The notes beneath the pieces are model-generated. The model saw nothing but the letters and a program-made list of their open reading frames with translations, ran no database searches and was not told where the DNA came from. Position numbers and translations under genes: made by a program. From assembly GCA_964016885.1 (NCBI GenBank), contig OZ024747.1:77252001-77316000 (forward strand): 64,000 nt of DNA, read 5' to 3'. This document shows, one piece after another, positions 12,383 through 25,732 of this stretch. Each line of letters begins with the position of its first letter. Positions within the stretch are counted from its first letter, which is position 1. The stretch comes from Eledone cirrhosa (Eukaryota).

Positions 12383-12420
<38 letters not shown>

Positions 12421-12425
<5 letters not shown>

Positions 12426-12966
12426 CGAGATCTGTCCACGCCTTGAACCTTGGGTGACACCTAAAGGTCAAACTCTAGGTCACCACCCTTTTGGTATGAA
12501 CAGGTTCATGCGTAGGCTATCCCCTCAAGGTGGGAGACAGAAAGCGATAGCTATATAAAGCCTATATTTTCCCACCTTAGATACAGAGAGATCGGAGCAC
12601 CACGATACAGACCAGCTATATGAAAGGTTCGCCGCTACCTTCAGGCCGCAGAGGTCTACATACATACAGAGCGATCGGAGCAGTACGCTATTACAAGCTA
12701 TATGAAAGATTCACCGCTATCTCCAGACCACAGTGGTCTACAGTCAATTACAGACCATTACTCTCTCTTGGTCGCAGACTACACCAGCCTCATGAATCAA
12801 CAACAAAATAACATTGTCAACCTTCGCAACTCGTGGTAATATGTTTATTGTTCTTTTTGACTGAAATGAAGAAAACTTTTATATATAAAGTAAATCACTA
12901 TTCTTGTTATTTCATCTAACAACCATGTTATAAATATTCTAATAACAACTACTAAAATACCCTTCA
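12421..12966. mobile_element. Possible solo LTR
   Basis: Starts TGTAGCG after (TG)n, has a TATA-like motif and an ~83-bp internal duplication, and may end in CA before (TA)n. No PBS or PPT seen. Confidence 0.3.
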
Positions 12967-13371
12967 TTAAATATATATATGTGTATATATATATATATAT
13001 ATATCAGATATTTTAAATATTTATTTGTTTGCATAGATAGAAATTATGTAAAATCATATTTAATTTATAATTAGTAAAGAATGCAAACACTAGATTTTTT
13101 GCCACTATATCAGTTACCTCCCTTGTTTATACAATTCAGTGTGTATTAGAGTGAAGTTCCGGTGTTTCTTATGTTGTGACCTATTGACACAGTGCTGATT
13201 TGATGGGGATAGTTTTCACTTTGACTGTATATTGTGGTGGGGGGGGGGGGGGTCTTATTTTAATGAGAAACCACTGGATAATATAGTAGTAAAAGGAGCG
13301 GAAAAGGAAGAAAGAAAAGGAAAAAGGAGAAAAAGAAAGAAGGGTCAAGCAACAGATGAAAGGGAGAGAGG

Positions 13372-13598
13372 GGGGAGACAGACACTACACCCCAGTCTGA
13401 GTTGGGGGGGGGGGGGGTAGAGTAGAGACAGACACTACATCCCAGTCTGAGGTGGGGGCGAGGTAGATACACACACTACGCCCCTAGTCTGAGGTGGGGG
13501 AGGGGGTAGAGACAGACACTACACCCCAATCTGAGGTGTGTGAGGGGAGGGGTAGATACAGACACTACACCCCAGTCTGAGGGGGGGGGGACAGAGAC
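13372..13598. repeat. G-rich minisatellite (~43-50-bp unit, ~5 copies)
   Basis: Repeated AGACAGACACTACACCCCAGTCTGAG plus a G run. Confidence 0.85.
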
Positions 13599-13856
13599 AC
13601 CTGCTGCAAAAGCCACCCCTATCTCAAGGTTCCCTACCCAAGTGGACAGGGGTCTTTTTAACTTTATGGAGAAAATCAGCAGTACGGGGCCCAAGGACAT
13701 CAGAAGTCTCGACAGAAACCAGTATAAAGAGGTAGCGCCCGGTCAGGTGTCGGTATTTGACTGAGGGCAGCTACATTTATAAGGTTCCATCAATTCCATT
13801 TTCACGTGAATCGATGAATATAATATATTTTCTATAGTTTTGAATTTATATTTTAA

Positions 13857-14770
13857 CTAGCAGAATGGCCCGGCGTTGCCCGGGATTCTAAACATAGATT
13901 GGCATGTTTATCCCTCCTTTCTGAAAGAGTACAGAGAAGTACGGAATACCTCGGCCTCGCGATGGTGTCTACATTTTGTGCTTATAAAATGTTCAACCCA
14001 CGAAAGCCAAGACGATAGGGTTAAATAAAAAGGATTTCGACAAACCAAACATGTATTTGTTGTGCTATGGTACAATGAAAGCATTAGTTACAGAGCAGTA
14101 AGCATGTGGGACTGCAGTGGTGGAGGGTGGTGTTATCTTACTCCTTTCAATGTTTCATCGTATGTTCACCAATTTATGCAGAAGTCCTAATGAAAAGTGA
14201 AGTTACTTTGGGTGAATAGGCAGATAATTTTCCATTACGATTTTTCAAAAGCATGTAATTGCGTTCCTTCTCTTTTTTTGTTGTTGTTTTTGTTGCTGTT
14301 TATATCTTGTTTTTGTGTATGCAAAAATATCTGTACACGAATATAATATATATATATATATATATTTATATATTTATTTATTAAAATAACAGATTAAAGT
14401 TTAAGCAAAGAATCGCTGCTTTCACCCTTAACGGGATCTTCTGAAACTAAAAAAAAATCAATCTGTGAACGCAGAAATAAATATTTCTAAAAACGTTACA
14501 CACTATATATACATATATACACACATACACACAGATAGCGTCATAATGCCGTAATGCAGACAGTTAGACATACAGACAGATATTGTAAGGGCGCGACGTT
14601 CGGCGCCTAATGCGGTCCCTAGGGCATTGAAAATTTGAAATATATTTTGCTCAAAACACTCACACGACCATAAGTATTACATGTGTAAAGTTTGAAAACA
14701 ATCGGTTGGGTGGTTCTCGAGTTTTAGGGAGTCAGACACACAGACAGACATTCTGTTTTAGATATATAGA
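13857..14770 (-). mobile_element. Non-autonomous Helitron, family A
   Basis: Minus strand 5' A|TCTATATATC followed by (GTCT)n; 3' hairpin CCCGGGCAACGCCGGG then CTAG|T; AT target, no TSD. Confidence 0.85.
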
Positions 14771-14835
14771 TGTGCAATATTTATGTAATTAAGTATCAAC
14801 CAATATGATAGTCTTGTGTATTTGGCCGTCACACA

Positions 14836-15504
14836 CTAGAGATGACTGGGGGTGGTAGGGGTGATAACGTCAACTCACGAAGGAAGGGGTGGTTACGTCG
14901 ACTGAGGAAGGAAGGGGTGATTATGTCGACAGAGAGGAAGGGGTGATTACGTCGATTGAGGGAGGAAGGGGTGATTACAATGACTGAGGAAGGAAGGAAG
15001 GGGTGATAACGGAGACTGAGGAAGGAAGGGGTGATAACGGTGACTGAGGAAGGAAGGGGGGATTACATCGACTGAGAAGGGGGGATTACTACGACTAAGG
15101 GAGAAAGGGGGGATTACGTCGACTGAGGGAGAAAGGGGGGATTACGTCGGCTGAGGGAGAAAGAGGGGATTACGTCGGCTGAGGAAGGAAGGGGTGATTA
15201 TGTGGACTGAGGAAGGAAGGGGTGATAACGCCGATTGAGGGAGGGAGGGTGATAGCGTCGACTGAGGGAGAGAGGGTGATTACAACGACTGAGGAAGGAA
15301 GGGGTGATTATGTTGATTGGGGAAGGAAGGGGTGTCTAATACACACATCTATATGATGACTGAGGAAGGGGGGGGGGGAAACGATAGAAATCCAGATTCG
15401 TCACAGCTGTGTATCTGTATGTTTGTATCACTTGAGTAAGTGAGTGAGAAGTAACCAACCAACCAACAAACAAACAAACACCTCTTTTTTATATTATGTA
15501 TAGA
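14836..15504 (-). mobile_element. Helitron-like element containing a ~29-bp minisatellite
   Basis: A|TCTATACATAATATAAAA plus (GTTT)n at the 5' end, CTAG|T at the 3' end. Internal array GACTGAGGAAGGAAGGGGTGATTACGTC at ~14858-15335. Confidence 0.6.
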
Positions 15505-15851
15505 TATTACAATTAGCAGCCATTTTTATATGTGTATATATTTTGATTCTGTATCATTTGTAATATTAATACAATACAATCAATTTGTGCTTGGAAATTC
15601 ACAAATATAATGCACAAAAATATATGATCAAAGCGAGAGAAAGGGAAAAGGAGAAAACACAAACAAAAACAACCATCAATTCATCAGCAAATGAGACAAT
15701 CTGTCACACACCACAAGGGTCAACGGAAGATTTTGAGGCAATTGTGAATAAAATACTGGCATTTCTTTTTTTCCTTTAGTGTGTTATATTTTCTTCTAAC
15801 AAAATGTTTTTCCTTTCCAGATTCAAATTTAAATAAATTTTATCCAGTTAA

Positions 15852-16034
15852 CCCTTTAACATTTACATTACTCAATATATACTATCTCACATAATATCGA
15901 ATCTATGAGATTTTGACATTATTTATTTTTAGAACAATACCTTAACATCAGTATGAGCAGCCAGTTACAGCCAGTTTAAACAGAAAGAGGTGAGAGAATT
16001 ATGGCTAGTTATGGCTGGTTTAAATGTTAAAGGG
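15852..16034. mobile_element. piggyBac-like MITE
   Basis: TTAA|CCCTTTAACATTTA ... TAAATGTTAAAGGG|TTAA: 14-bp TIR and TTAA TSD. Confidence 0.85.
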
Positions 16035-16429
16035 TTAAAGAGCTTTCATATCTTAACCTATTTAATGTCTTTCTTTTCTTTAGTTTGTTTTCTTTTTTGC
16101 CATATATAGATCCCATTCAACTTCGGAAACTAAAACTCCCGCAAGAATTTTATCTCTACTTGTGTTCCTTCCTTTATATTTCCTTTTTTTTTTTTTTTTA
16201 TTATTTTTATTTATTTATTTATTTATTGCTGTTTCCTCTCTAAACTTTGTATTTTGCATGTTTTCCTGGACTGATTGCTGTTTAGCTACTGACAACAACA
16301 ACACCAGTAGCAAAAATGACAACAATTAGTACTACTACTACTACTTACTGGGAAAAATCTGATGACTTCGGAAGACTGCACAAACCATCTAAGAGGGCAG
16401 TAACTCTGAACAAGGATTGATTATGACTG

Positions 16430-17068
16430 TGAGGGATCAGATGCTGTTTACTCGAGAGAAGACTACGTTGGTATGGTCACGTGATGCACATGAAAGATGA
16501 CAGCTGTATAAAAAAGTGCAGGGCGATCAATATAGACGGTAGCTATGCAGTAGGCAGACCCAGAAAAACCTGGGATGACTTGTTAAATTCCGACCTCACA
16601 CACTTACACCTCTCCAAGACAATGTCACTGGACCGAGATCTTTGGCGCTACGCAGTAATACAGAAGACCCGCCTTGCCTAAGTACAAAGCGAAACCTACA
16701 ATCAGTAGGCACCTCTTAACCAAAATACACCCCCGTCCCACTACCCCCACCCCCATCTACACCACCCCTTTCGATGTAAAGTTATGTTGGTACCACAACA
16801 TCCAGTCCTAAATAAATGAGGTCATGTAGGTGTCACGACAAAAAACACAGTCCACGCTGTAATGTGGCCATGTAGGTAACATAGTAAAAACCTCCCAGTC
16901 CACACTGTAAACATAGTTGGTTAGGAAGGGCATCCAGCCGTAGAAAACCCCCCAGACAGTCCTATACGAGCAAGACAACGAATCTTGCCTCAAGTGGGAC
17001 AATTCCCGTCCAAACCCATGCTAGCGTAGAAGCTGGATGTTAAACGATGATGATGATGATGATGATGT
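16430..17068 (+). mobile_element. RTE-related composite 3' fragment (copy 2)
   Basis: RRLRWYGHVMHM...GRPRKTWDD; high similarity to 5870-6462; (GAT)n tail. Confidence 0.78.
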
Positions 17069-17639
17069 GAGGACCTGCCCAACCCATATATCAGCTTGCA
17101 ATAGCAAATGTAAAAAATGATACTAATGAAATCATGCTCATCATTACACCTGTTTCTCCATGGCTGAACGGGTTGGATGGATTCTCTGTACCACTGCATC
17201 TTGCCCCTGTTTCTTCCTTAGTCTTTCTCTTCAAAAGCTTTCTTCTATTTAGATCTCCTGGAAACTTCTTTACCCACTGCTGTCATCCAAATACGTTACA
17301 TGTCTGTACCAGCACAGTCTTCTCTCTTCCACACTACATCCTGATTCCTCTTATAACCAGTTTATCTCTCAACACACTTGTGCTTCATTGTTCATACATA
17401 CCAACATAACACCTCTCATAGAGCATGGGTCATTTGATACTTTTCTCCAAAATTAAAAGTTTTCCATCCCCACCCCTCCCTGCTTGTTCTTTATTTTAGA
17501 GATTTATCTATTCCAAAGAAATTTTTTATGAAAATACTCAAACCATATTAAAAATGTGTATACAATAATGATTTCTAATTTAGGTACAATGTCAGTAATG
17601 TTTGGATGGGAGAAATTTGATTAAATCAACTCCAGTATA

Positions 17640-18440
17640 TCCACAACACTGATATCAAGACGTCCTCTTGTGAACGTGACCTGGGCATTACTGTCAGCAG
17701 CGATTTGTGTTGGACAAAGCATGTCTCTAAGATTGTCAAGAAGGCCGAGGGTGTCTTGGCATCACTCAGCAAGACCTTTGTTAGCCGCTCTCCAGCCATC
17801 TATTTAAAGCTGTATACAGCTATGGTACGACCACACTTGGAATTCGCATCATCAGTCTGGAACCCCTATCTTGCTCAGAACATTGACCTCCTGGAAACTG
17901 TTCAGAGACGTGCAACCAAGCGCATACCCTCCATCAGACACCTACCATACTCTTAACGCCTTGCTTCCCTGGGCATGGATTCATTGAAGCTCCAACATCT
18001 GGCAATGGACTTGGTAAACACCCACAAAGTTATTAACCATCTTGCCAACAACAACCCTGAGCACCTTTTTGATTTCCATGTGTCTAACACACGTGGACAT
18101 GCCTACAAAATCAGAAAACAGCACAGCTCCCATGACTTTCTGAAACATTTTTTCACGCTCAGAGTTGCTGAAGCATGGAACAAACTGCCTGCGTCAGTTG
18201 TTAGCTGTCGAGACACTGCATCCTTTAAAACCCTCATGCTTCCCGAAATTCGCCAAAACTACACCTGATGTACCCCTTCCATATACATGCATACATGTGT
18301 ATATCATGACTCATGCACTGTTCATTTTCCTGACGTTTGTACATTACCCTATGTACTATACATACACTTTTTGATGAGTTGTATTGCACCTGAGCACTGT
18401 ACACAATATTTCATTATTATTATTATTATTATTATTATAT
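17640..18440 (+). mobile_element. CR1-clade LINE 3' fragment
   Basis: ERDLG, VRPHLEFASSVWNP, LETVQRRATK, TRGH, FFTLRVAEAWNKLP motifs; internal stop; (TTA)n tail. Confidence 0.9.
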
Positions 18441-18823
18441 GACAAGTACTCAACAACACAACACACAACCAGGTCAGGAATGGAGCCCATGACATTATGA
18501 TCCTAAGTCCAACACCCTTACCACAAGGCCACATACATACCTCCACAACTCCTGGAGTTGATTAAATTGACGTTCCCCTCCTTCATATTGCTGGCCTAGT
18601 GCTTAAATTAGAAACTATTATTTCTATAAACAATCCAAGAGGTTTAGCTGTTATTTCATTCTCTCATACTACTACTAATGAGTGTTTGCAGTGTTTATAG
18701 AGTGTAGGTTAAAAATGAAGCTACAATCACTGAACTTTAGCCTTATATTGTTTTTCAGGGTGGAGAGAATCAGTAAAGGTTGGTAGGGGTACAGCTTTTC
18801 ACTTCCAAATCTTTACTGTTATT

Positions 18824-19105
18824 TGTCGAGACACTGCATCCTTTAAAACCTCCATGGAACAAACTACCTGCATCAGTTGTTAGCTGTCGAGACACTGCAT
18901 CCTTTAAAACCTCCATGCTTCCTGAGATTCGCCAACACTACACTTGATGTCCCCCCCCCAAACACATGCACACATGTATATCATGACTCATACACTGTTT
19001 ACTTTCCTGAAATTTGTACATTATTCTATGTACTATACATGCACCTTTGATGAGTTGTAGTGCACCTGAGCAGTGTACACAATAATTTCATTATTATTAT
19101 TATTA
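18824..19105 (+). mobile_element. CR1 3' end, second copy
   Basis: Matches ~18175-18425; short internal duplication; (TTA)n tail. Confidence 0.85.
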
Positions 19106-19210
19106 AGCTTTGACATAATCCTACAATGTTCTTTTCTTTTTTTACCCTTAGTGTAGAAATGATATAGCTAACATTAGAATGCACACTATTCCATCCAAAG
19201 ATCATCTATA

Positions 19211-19362
19211 CTAGGCATGGGCAACCTTTTTCGAGCAGTGGGTCACATAAGATCTGGCTTATCATAAGGCAGGCCTCAATTCAAGACATTTTTGAAATTA
19301 AGCCTGTAATTTAGAGAGTCAAACGGGCTGCATATGGCTCACAGGTCACAGTTTGCCCATGA
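19211..19362. mobile_element. Degenerate hAT-like MITE
   Basis: CATGGGCAAC ... TTTGCCCATG inverted termini. Confidence 0.45.
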
Positions 19363-19430
19363 GATTCCAGGAACACATTCTGCAGGCCATGTCAACTTTG
19401 CTGTTTATATGAGTGGCCCAGCTTTTGTTG

Positions 19431-19475
<45 letters not shown>

Positions 19476-19542
19476 CGGAACGTACGTAGGTGCTTTTGTA
19501 TAAACATGTTCTAACAGTTTGTATTCTCCTTTGTAATCCTTT

Positions 19543-19579
<37 letters not shown>

Positions 19580-20045
19580 ATATATGTATGTATGTGTATA
19601 TATATATATATATGTATGTGTGTATATTTATATGTGTATATATATATATATGTATGTGTGTGTATAGTATGTATGATTGTCAGATTTCTTAATCGATTGT
19701 TGCTGTTGTGTTTATCTATAAAGTAATAAATGTGTTGTCTTTGTTGCCCCTGACAAAGACATGCACGTCACGCAATCTCATTTCCTCACCACATGAAACA
19801 TCCGTGTCTTTCTCTCATATAGACATGTATGAATGACACAACACAACACTTGGCATCAGCTTGCCATTCTAATGGGACCTACACCCAGTTCTTTTAATCC
19901 AGGATGTTATATGTAACTACATCAACTACAATATATATATATATAGATATCATTCATCATCATCAGGTTTAGCGCCCGTGTTCCACGCTTGCATGGGTTT
20001 GGACGGGGGTTTTCCCACTTGAGGCAAGAGTGGTTGTCTCGCTCG

Positions 20046-20191
20046 CCAGTGCATTACTGGTACTTTATTTTATCGACCACGTAAGGATGAAAGGCAAAGT
20101 TAACCTCGGCGGGATTTGAACTCAGAATGGCAAGGGCCGTAACTCTATGCGTCAAAGCATGACGTCCGACTCTCTACCGATACTGCCAATC
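20046..20191 (-). mobile_element. Nin-type SINE (partial)
   Basis: Same family as 3352-3537. Confidence 0.8.
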
Positions 20192-20437
20192 AATGATTTG
20201 TTAGGTCTTCATTACATTTATTCATTGGTAACGTGAGTTTCGTTATTGATCAGCTCAAGGTTCGATCTGTATCGATCTATTTCGTCTCTGGAATCAAAAG
20301 CTCGTCGGACCTCTGTTGTGGTAATGACACATACATATATATACATATACACATATACACACACATATACATATACATACCCATACACACACACTCACAC
20401 ACACACACACACACACCCATACACACACACACACACC

Positions 20438-20474
<37 letters not shown>

Positions 20475-20694
20475 GTGGTGCCCCAGCATGGCCTCAAGCG
20501 TGAACCTAATACTAACACTTTGTACTGCACTCTTCGCTTTGTTTTAACTATAATATATATATATATATATATATACACATACTTTTCATTTATACACATA
20601 CATATATATATATATGTATATATGGGCGGTGCCCCAGCATGGCCTCAGCCGGATGGTCGGAACAGTAAAAGACATATATATATATATATATATA

Positions 20695-21398
20695 TAACGA
20701 AGGAAATGTAGTAAAGAACCAGGTGGACCATAACGTACCAGAGTACTCAATACTTAGGGTAGTAGAGTGGGTAATAGGAAAATGTTCAAGACCCCACGGC
20801 AGAGCTCAAGCCGTTTCGACGGCTTTTTCTGGACTAAATTAGATTTTTTTAATCTAATCTTATGCCCGAAACGTCGTTCCCCACCACCCCACTCTCAAGA
20901 GCGTGAACCTAATAAACCTTTATTTGTCTGCCTCTCTGTTTTCGTTCCCGTCCAATTTTCACTATATATATTCTAGTCGATCGACTTTCGTCAAATCGGA
21001 CCGAGGAAACTATGTTTCCGTTGGTCTTTCCAATTGCTAATACTATCTATCGGTCGCAACTCCAGGTAGAAGGAGCAACGTGAAATAAAGTGTCTTGCTC
21101 AAGGACATAACGCATCGCCTGGTTCAGGAATCGAACTCACAACCTCACGATTGTGAATCCAATTCTCTAACCACTCAGCCACACGCCTTCACTATATGTA
21201 TATATAGGAAAAAGTATGACCCCGACGGCAGAGCTCAAACCGTTTCGACGGCTATTTCTGGACTGAAATAGCGTCGAAACGGCTTGAGCTCTGCCGTCGG
21301 GGTCATACTTTTTCCTATTTCCCACTCTACTACCCTAAGTATTGAGTACTCTGGTGCGTTATGGTCCATCTGGTTCTTTACCACAATTCCTTTGTTAT
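20695..21398. repeat. Inverted repeat and palindrome cluster (pseudo-LTR-like)
   Basis: 20695-20835 is inverted relative to ~21265-21398; local palindrome at ~21204-21318. Confidence 0.75.
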
Positions 21399-22628
21399 AT
21401 ATATATATACACATATATATATATATTCGATTTTACTAAGCATTCAATTATATATATACATATATATAACACAAACACACGCACACAAGACGGCCTTGTC
21501 TGCTAAATACTGACAAGTTCAGCAATCTTTCTTGCTTTCTTGGAGAGAGAGAATGTAAAGTGATGGAAGAAATACTGCAAAATATTTTACGTTCACAGAA
21601 ATATACCCGAAGCTTCGAGTTACAATATATTCCGTTTATCCACGGAATAATGTAAGGCAAAGTTGTGTTCGATAAAACTTGAACTGATAACCTAAAGAGA
21701 TGGTTCTATCTATCTATCTATCTATCTATGTGTGTGTGTGTGTATCTCTTTGCCGGACAGTGTGTGTATCTCTTTGCCGGACTGTGTGTAAGTGTAGCCG
21801 GGACTGTGTGTATCTATAAGCCGGGACTGTGTACGTGATGTATTTCCCAGAAGCCTATCCTTGAACCAACAAAGTAACGAACTAGAAATAGCAATCAAAG
21901 ACCTCATTCATAGCCCCTTATATATTAAAAAAAGGACCCATTTGATAATGTAACTCCCCTTCGATATATGTGGAGGAAAATAAAGTATTGTTATGGTTTG
22001 CACGCCATTAATTGAGAGTCTGCTTGATAAGGGCTGTTTTAGGGCTATACAACAACAAACACCACGAATACACTATATATATATTTTTTTTTTCTAAACA
22101 AATACAAATCCTTGCCCTTTCTTTCCTTTTCCTCTCATTTATAGTCTTTTCTAATACTTTCTTTTACTATGTGTTTAACTAAATATTAAATTCTTTGTTA
22201 TTTTTATGTAATCTTATCCTATAAAATATATTTGAGAATTTCAAAAAAACGAGGAACCAGTCTACGGACTCGCTCTTGCTGTTAGAAATAAAGAAATCGT
22301 TTCGTAATTACATCTACTGCCTTTATAAAAATAAAGATATATTAGGTAATGTAATCCTAGATAGATAAATGACGGGGTGGCCACAACTGGAAGGCCTTTG
22401 GTCAGAGGTTTACTCGGTCAAGGCAGATATTAAATTAGATAAAAACATATCTCCCCCGACCCTGGGTCTATGGAATAATTCCCCACCTTTTTTTTTTTTT
22501 TTTTAAAGTGTTCCTATTTAAAATCTTCCAACTAAGTTTTGTGTACGAATCTTTATATGTTAGAAAAAAACAAAACATTAAAAATGAAATAATTTTAATA
22601 AATTTCTTTAATTTAAATATAATGTATA

Positions 22629-22826
22629 CGACGATGGGCTGGAAAGTTCATAGACTGACTATGAAGGAGTGATGCTCGAGCTGTGAAATCTTGCATGTAT
22701 TAATTTCAACTCATCTTATTAATAACTGTATTGTTTCTTTCCAGGGACTATGTTAAAAAATAAACCTCGTTTGGTCATTCCATGAGAGTATCTTGGTCAG
22801 CCTTTGAACTTTGCAGCCGACCCTCG
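22629..22826. mobile_element. mariner-like MITE
   Basis: TA|CGACGATGGGCTGGAAAGTTCATAGACTGAC ... GTCAGCCTTTGAACTTTGCAGCCGACCCTCG|TA. Confidence 0.7.
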
Positions 22827-24039
22827 TATTTTATTAGAAATATGGTAACAGAAGAATTAAACTGGAAGAATCTACCAAAAAGGAAACAACGAAGAAAATA
22901 TAAATAAATAAAATATAAGTAAATATTGTAAACATTATGTAATAAACACTGGCGAAATTAAAAACATAAGAAAAACGAACCTTCGGCTGTAAGAAGACTT
23001 TTGAGTTGAGAATCCGTTCCTGTCGTATCGAAGTAATCAGAAACATCATCATCGTCAACACTAGATAGCATTGTCTTGGATAGATAGATAGATATATAGA
23101 TAGATAGATGGGTAGCTAGATAGATAGATGAGGGTAGACAGACAGAGTGGTGAGAGGGAGTGATAGAAGAGAGAAACGGTAAATAAGACGACTTGGTAAA
23201 GTATGTTATAGGAGGGATGTGCCAGATTCCTTTTACACGTTCTTCTTCTCGTCTCTAGACTCATCCAGTGGAGTTCTCACCGATTCCGTTGTCGAGAATA
23301 TAGTATCAGCCACTTTATAATGACTTCCATCGTTACACCTAGAGACGTTGGCAATGAACAGCAGCGAGAGAGAGAGAGAGAGAGAGAACTGTGGGAGAGG
23401 AAAGAAAAAAAAGAGAGAGAGGTGAGATGGACAGGGAATGAGTTAGAGAGAAGGGGGAGGTGACATCGAGAGGGAATGAATTAGAGAGAGGGAGGGGTGT
23501 GAGAGAAGTAAAGAGAGGGAGAGAGAATGCATTAGACAGAGAAGGAGGGGGAGAGAGAAGGAAAGAGACGGAGAATGAAGGAATTAGAGAGAGAAGGAAA
23601 GAGAGATGTAGGCCGACGAGTTGCTGCGATTCAACGTGAAGTTATTACAGTCACTTTGCAGGAACCAGGCGACTTCTACATGGTTCTTTCGACTTGCTAA
23701 AAATAGCAGCCACATTTCCGTTAAATAACATTTCCTATACATTCTTAGTTACAGGAAGTATTATATAACAAATGTATAGTCCTATATATTCATAAACAAT
23801 GATTACAGTTAGAAAGTCTTTGATTTATGGCTCTGCTCAATCAAAACAGGCCTGGGGTTAAACTGCAATTGTCATTTCGCTGTGAATGTACTTTGTTTTG
23901 TTTTTTTTCTTTCAGAAAGATATATTCTTTTAATGTTGCAATACTAAAGAAAATGTAAAGGAAGGGATGAACAACGGAGCCAGCTCCAGAGCAAAAAGCA
24001 GCAACGTCGCGAGGAGTACTGGGAAACCTCTCTAATGAT

Positions 24040-25180
24040 TGCAAGCCAGCGTTGCCTCGGGTGATGACGAGGCTAATGCGCTGGAACAACTAAGCGCCCT
24101 CGCGAGATTCGCCAGTGACCTCTATTAAGCCAGGCTGAGGTGCTGGAACAACCAAGCACCCTCTCGAGATTCGCCAGTTACCGCTATTAAGCCAGGCTGA
24201 AGTGCTGGAACAACCAAGCACCCTCTCCAGATTCGCTAGTTACCTCTATTAAGCCAGGCTGAAGTGCTGGAACAACCAAGCACCCTCTCCAGATTCGACA
24301 GTTACCTCTATTAAGCCAGGCTGAAGTGCTGGAACAACCAAGCACCCTCTCCAGATTCGCCAGTTACCTCTATTAAGCCAGGCTGAGGTGCTGGAACAAC
24401 CAAGCACCCTCTCCAGATTCGACAGTTACCTCTATTAAGCCAGGCTGAAGTGCTGGAACAACCAAGCACCCTCTCCAGATTCGACAGTTACCTCTATTAA
24501 GCCAGGCTGAAGTGCTGGAACAACCAAGCACCCTCTCCAGATTCGCCAGTTACCTCTATTAAGCCAGGCTGAAGTGCTGGAACAACCAAGCACCCTCTCC
24601 AGATTCGCCAGTTACCTCTATTAAGCCAGGCTGAAGTGCTGGAACAACCAAGCACCCTCTCCAGATTCGACAGTTACCTCTATTAAGCCAGGCTGAGGTG
24701 CTGGAACAACCAAGCACCCTCTCCAGATTCGACAGTTACCTCTATTAAGCCAGGCTGAAGTGCTGGAACAACCAAGCACCCTCTCCAGATTCGCCAGTTA
24801 CCTCTATTAAGCCAGGCTGAAGTGCTGGAACAACCAAGCACCCTCTCCAGATTCGACAGTTACCTCTATTAAGCCAGGCTGAGGTGCTGGAACAACCAAG
24901 CACCCTCTCCAGATTCGACAGTTACCTCTATTAAGCCAGGCTGAAGTGCTGGAACAACCAAGCACCCTCTCCAGATTCGACAGTTACCTCTATTAATCCA
25001 GGCTGAGGTGCTGGAACAACCAAGAAAGGAACCTCAGAGTCAGCGACCCGACTCCCCCAAACGTCTGGAAAGTCACAGGCTGAAAAATGTAGCTGGCCGC
25101 CAGATCACAGTATTTGAGGTTCTTACTCCGCTCGGCTGAGGAAGCTGTGGCTCTCGTCCTAACCGCAGCATCCAGGATGT
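24040..25180 (-). mobile_element. CRE-clade retrotransposon RLE C-terminal fragment
   Basis: AERSKNLKYCDL..YIFQPVTFQTFGGVG ... LFQRISLVITRGNA; homologous to 51790-52080. Confidence 0.75.
24080..25024. repeat. 62-bp minisatellite, ~15 near-identical copies
   Basis: Unit GCTGGAACAACCAAGCACCCTCTCCAGATTCG(A/C)CAGTTACCTCTATTAAGCCAGGCTGA(A/G)GT; starts at 24080, 24142, 24204, etc. Confidence 0.97.
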
Positions 25181-25732
25181 TGGAAGAAACTTTGTTTTGT
25201 TTCTCAACTGTAAGAAAGAAGTACGCGATACTTCGCCCTGTTTGTCAAGGATGACTAGCTCTATACGGACGTTTAAATTGATTAAATAAATACGTGTGCA
25301 TGTATTCCTTAAGTTCTTTATGTCAGCAGACTGCGGCCATGCTGGGGCACCACTACCTTAGAGACATTTAGTCAATCATATCGACTCCATTGTTTACTTC
25401 TTCAATCAAGTCTAGTACATATATTATCGATCTGGGGATATATTATATACACCGAGTGACACACACACGCACATGTGTTATACACACACACACATGTAGT
25501 ATACACACACACATGTAGTACACACACACGTGTATATTACACACACACATGTAGTATACACACGCCTGCACATATAGCATGCACACACACGCACATGTGT
25601 TTATACACACACACACATGTGTTATACACACACGCACACATGTGTTATAGACACACACACACGCATGTATTATACACACACACACACACATGTATTATAT
25701 ACACACACATATATGTTATATATACACACATA

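Noticed and set aside
23204-23336. Short solo LTR (TG...CA)
   Set aside because: No TSD, second copy or PBS to support it.
24080-25024. CRISPR-like array
   Set aside because: No unique spacers; whole 62-bp units repeat; eukaryotic context with no cas genes.
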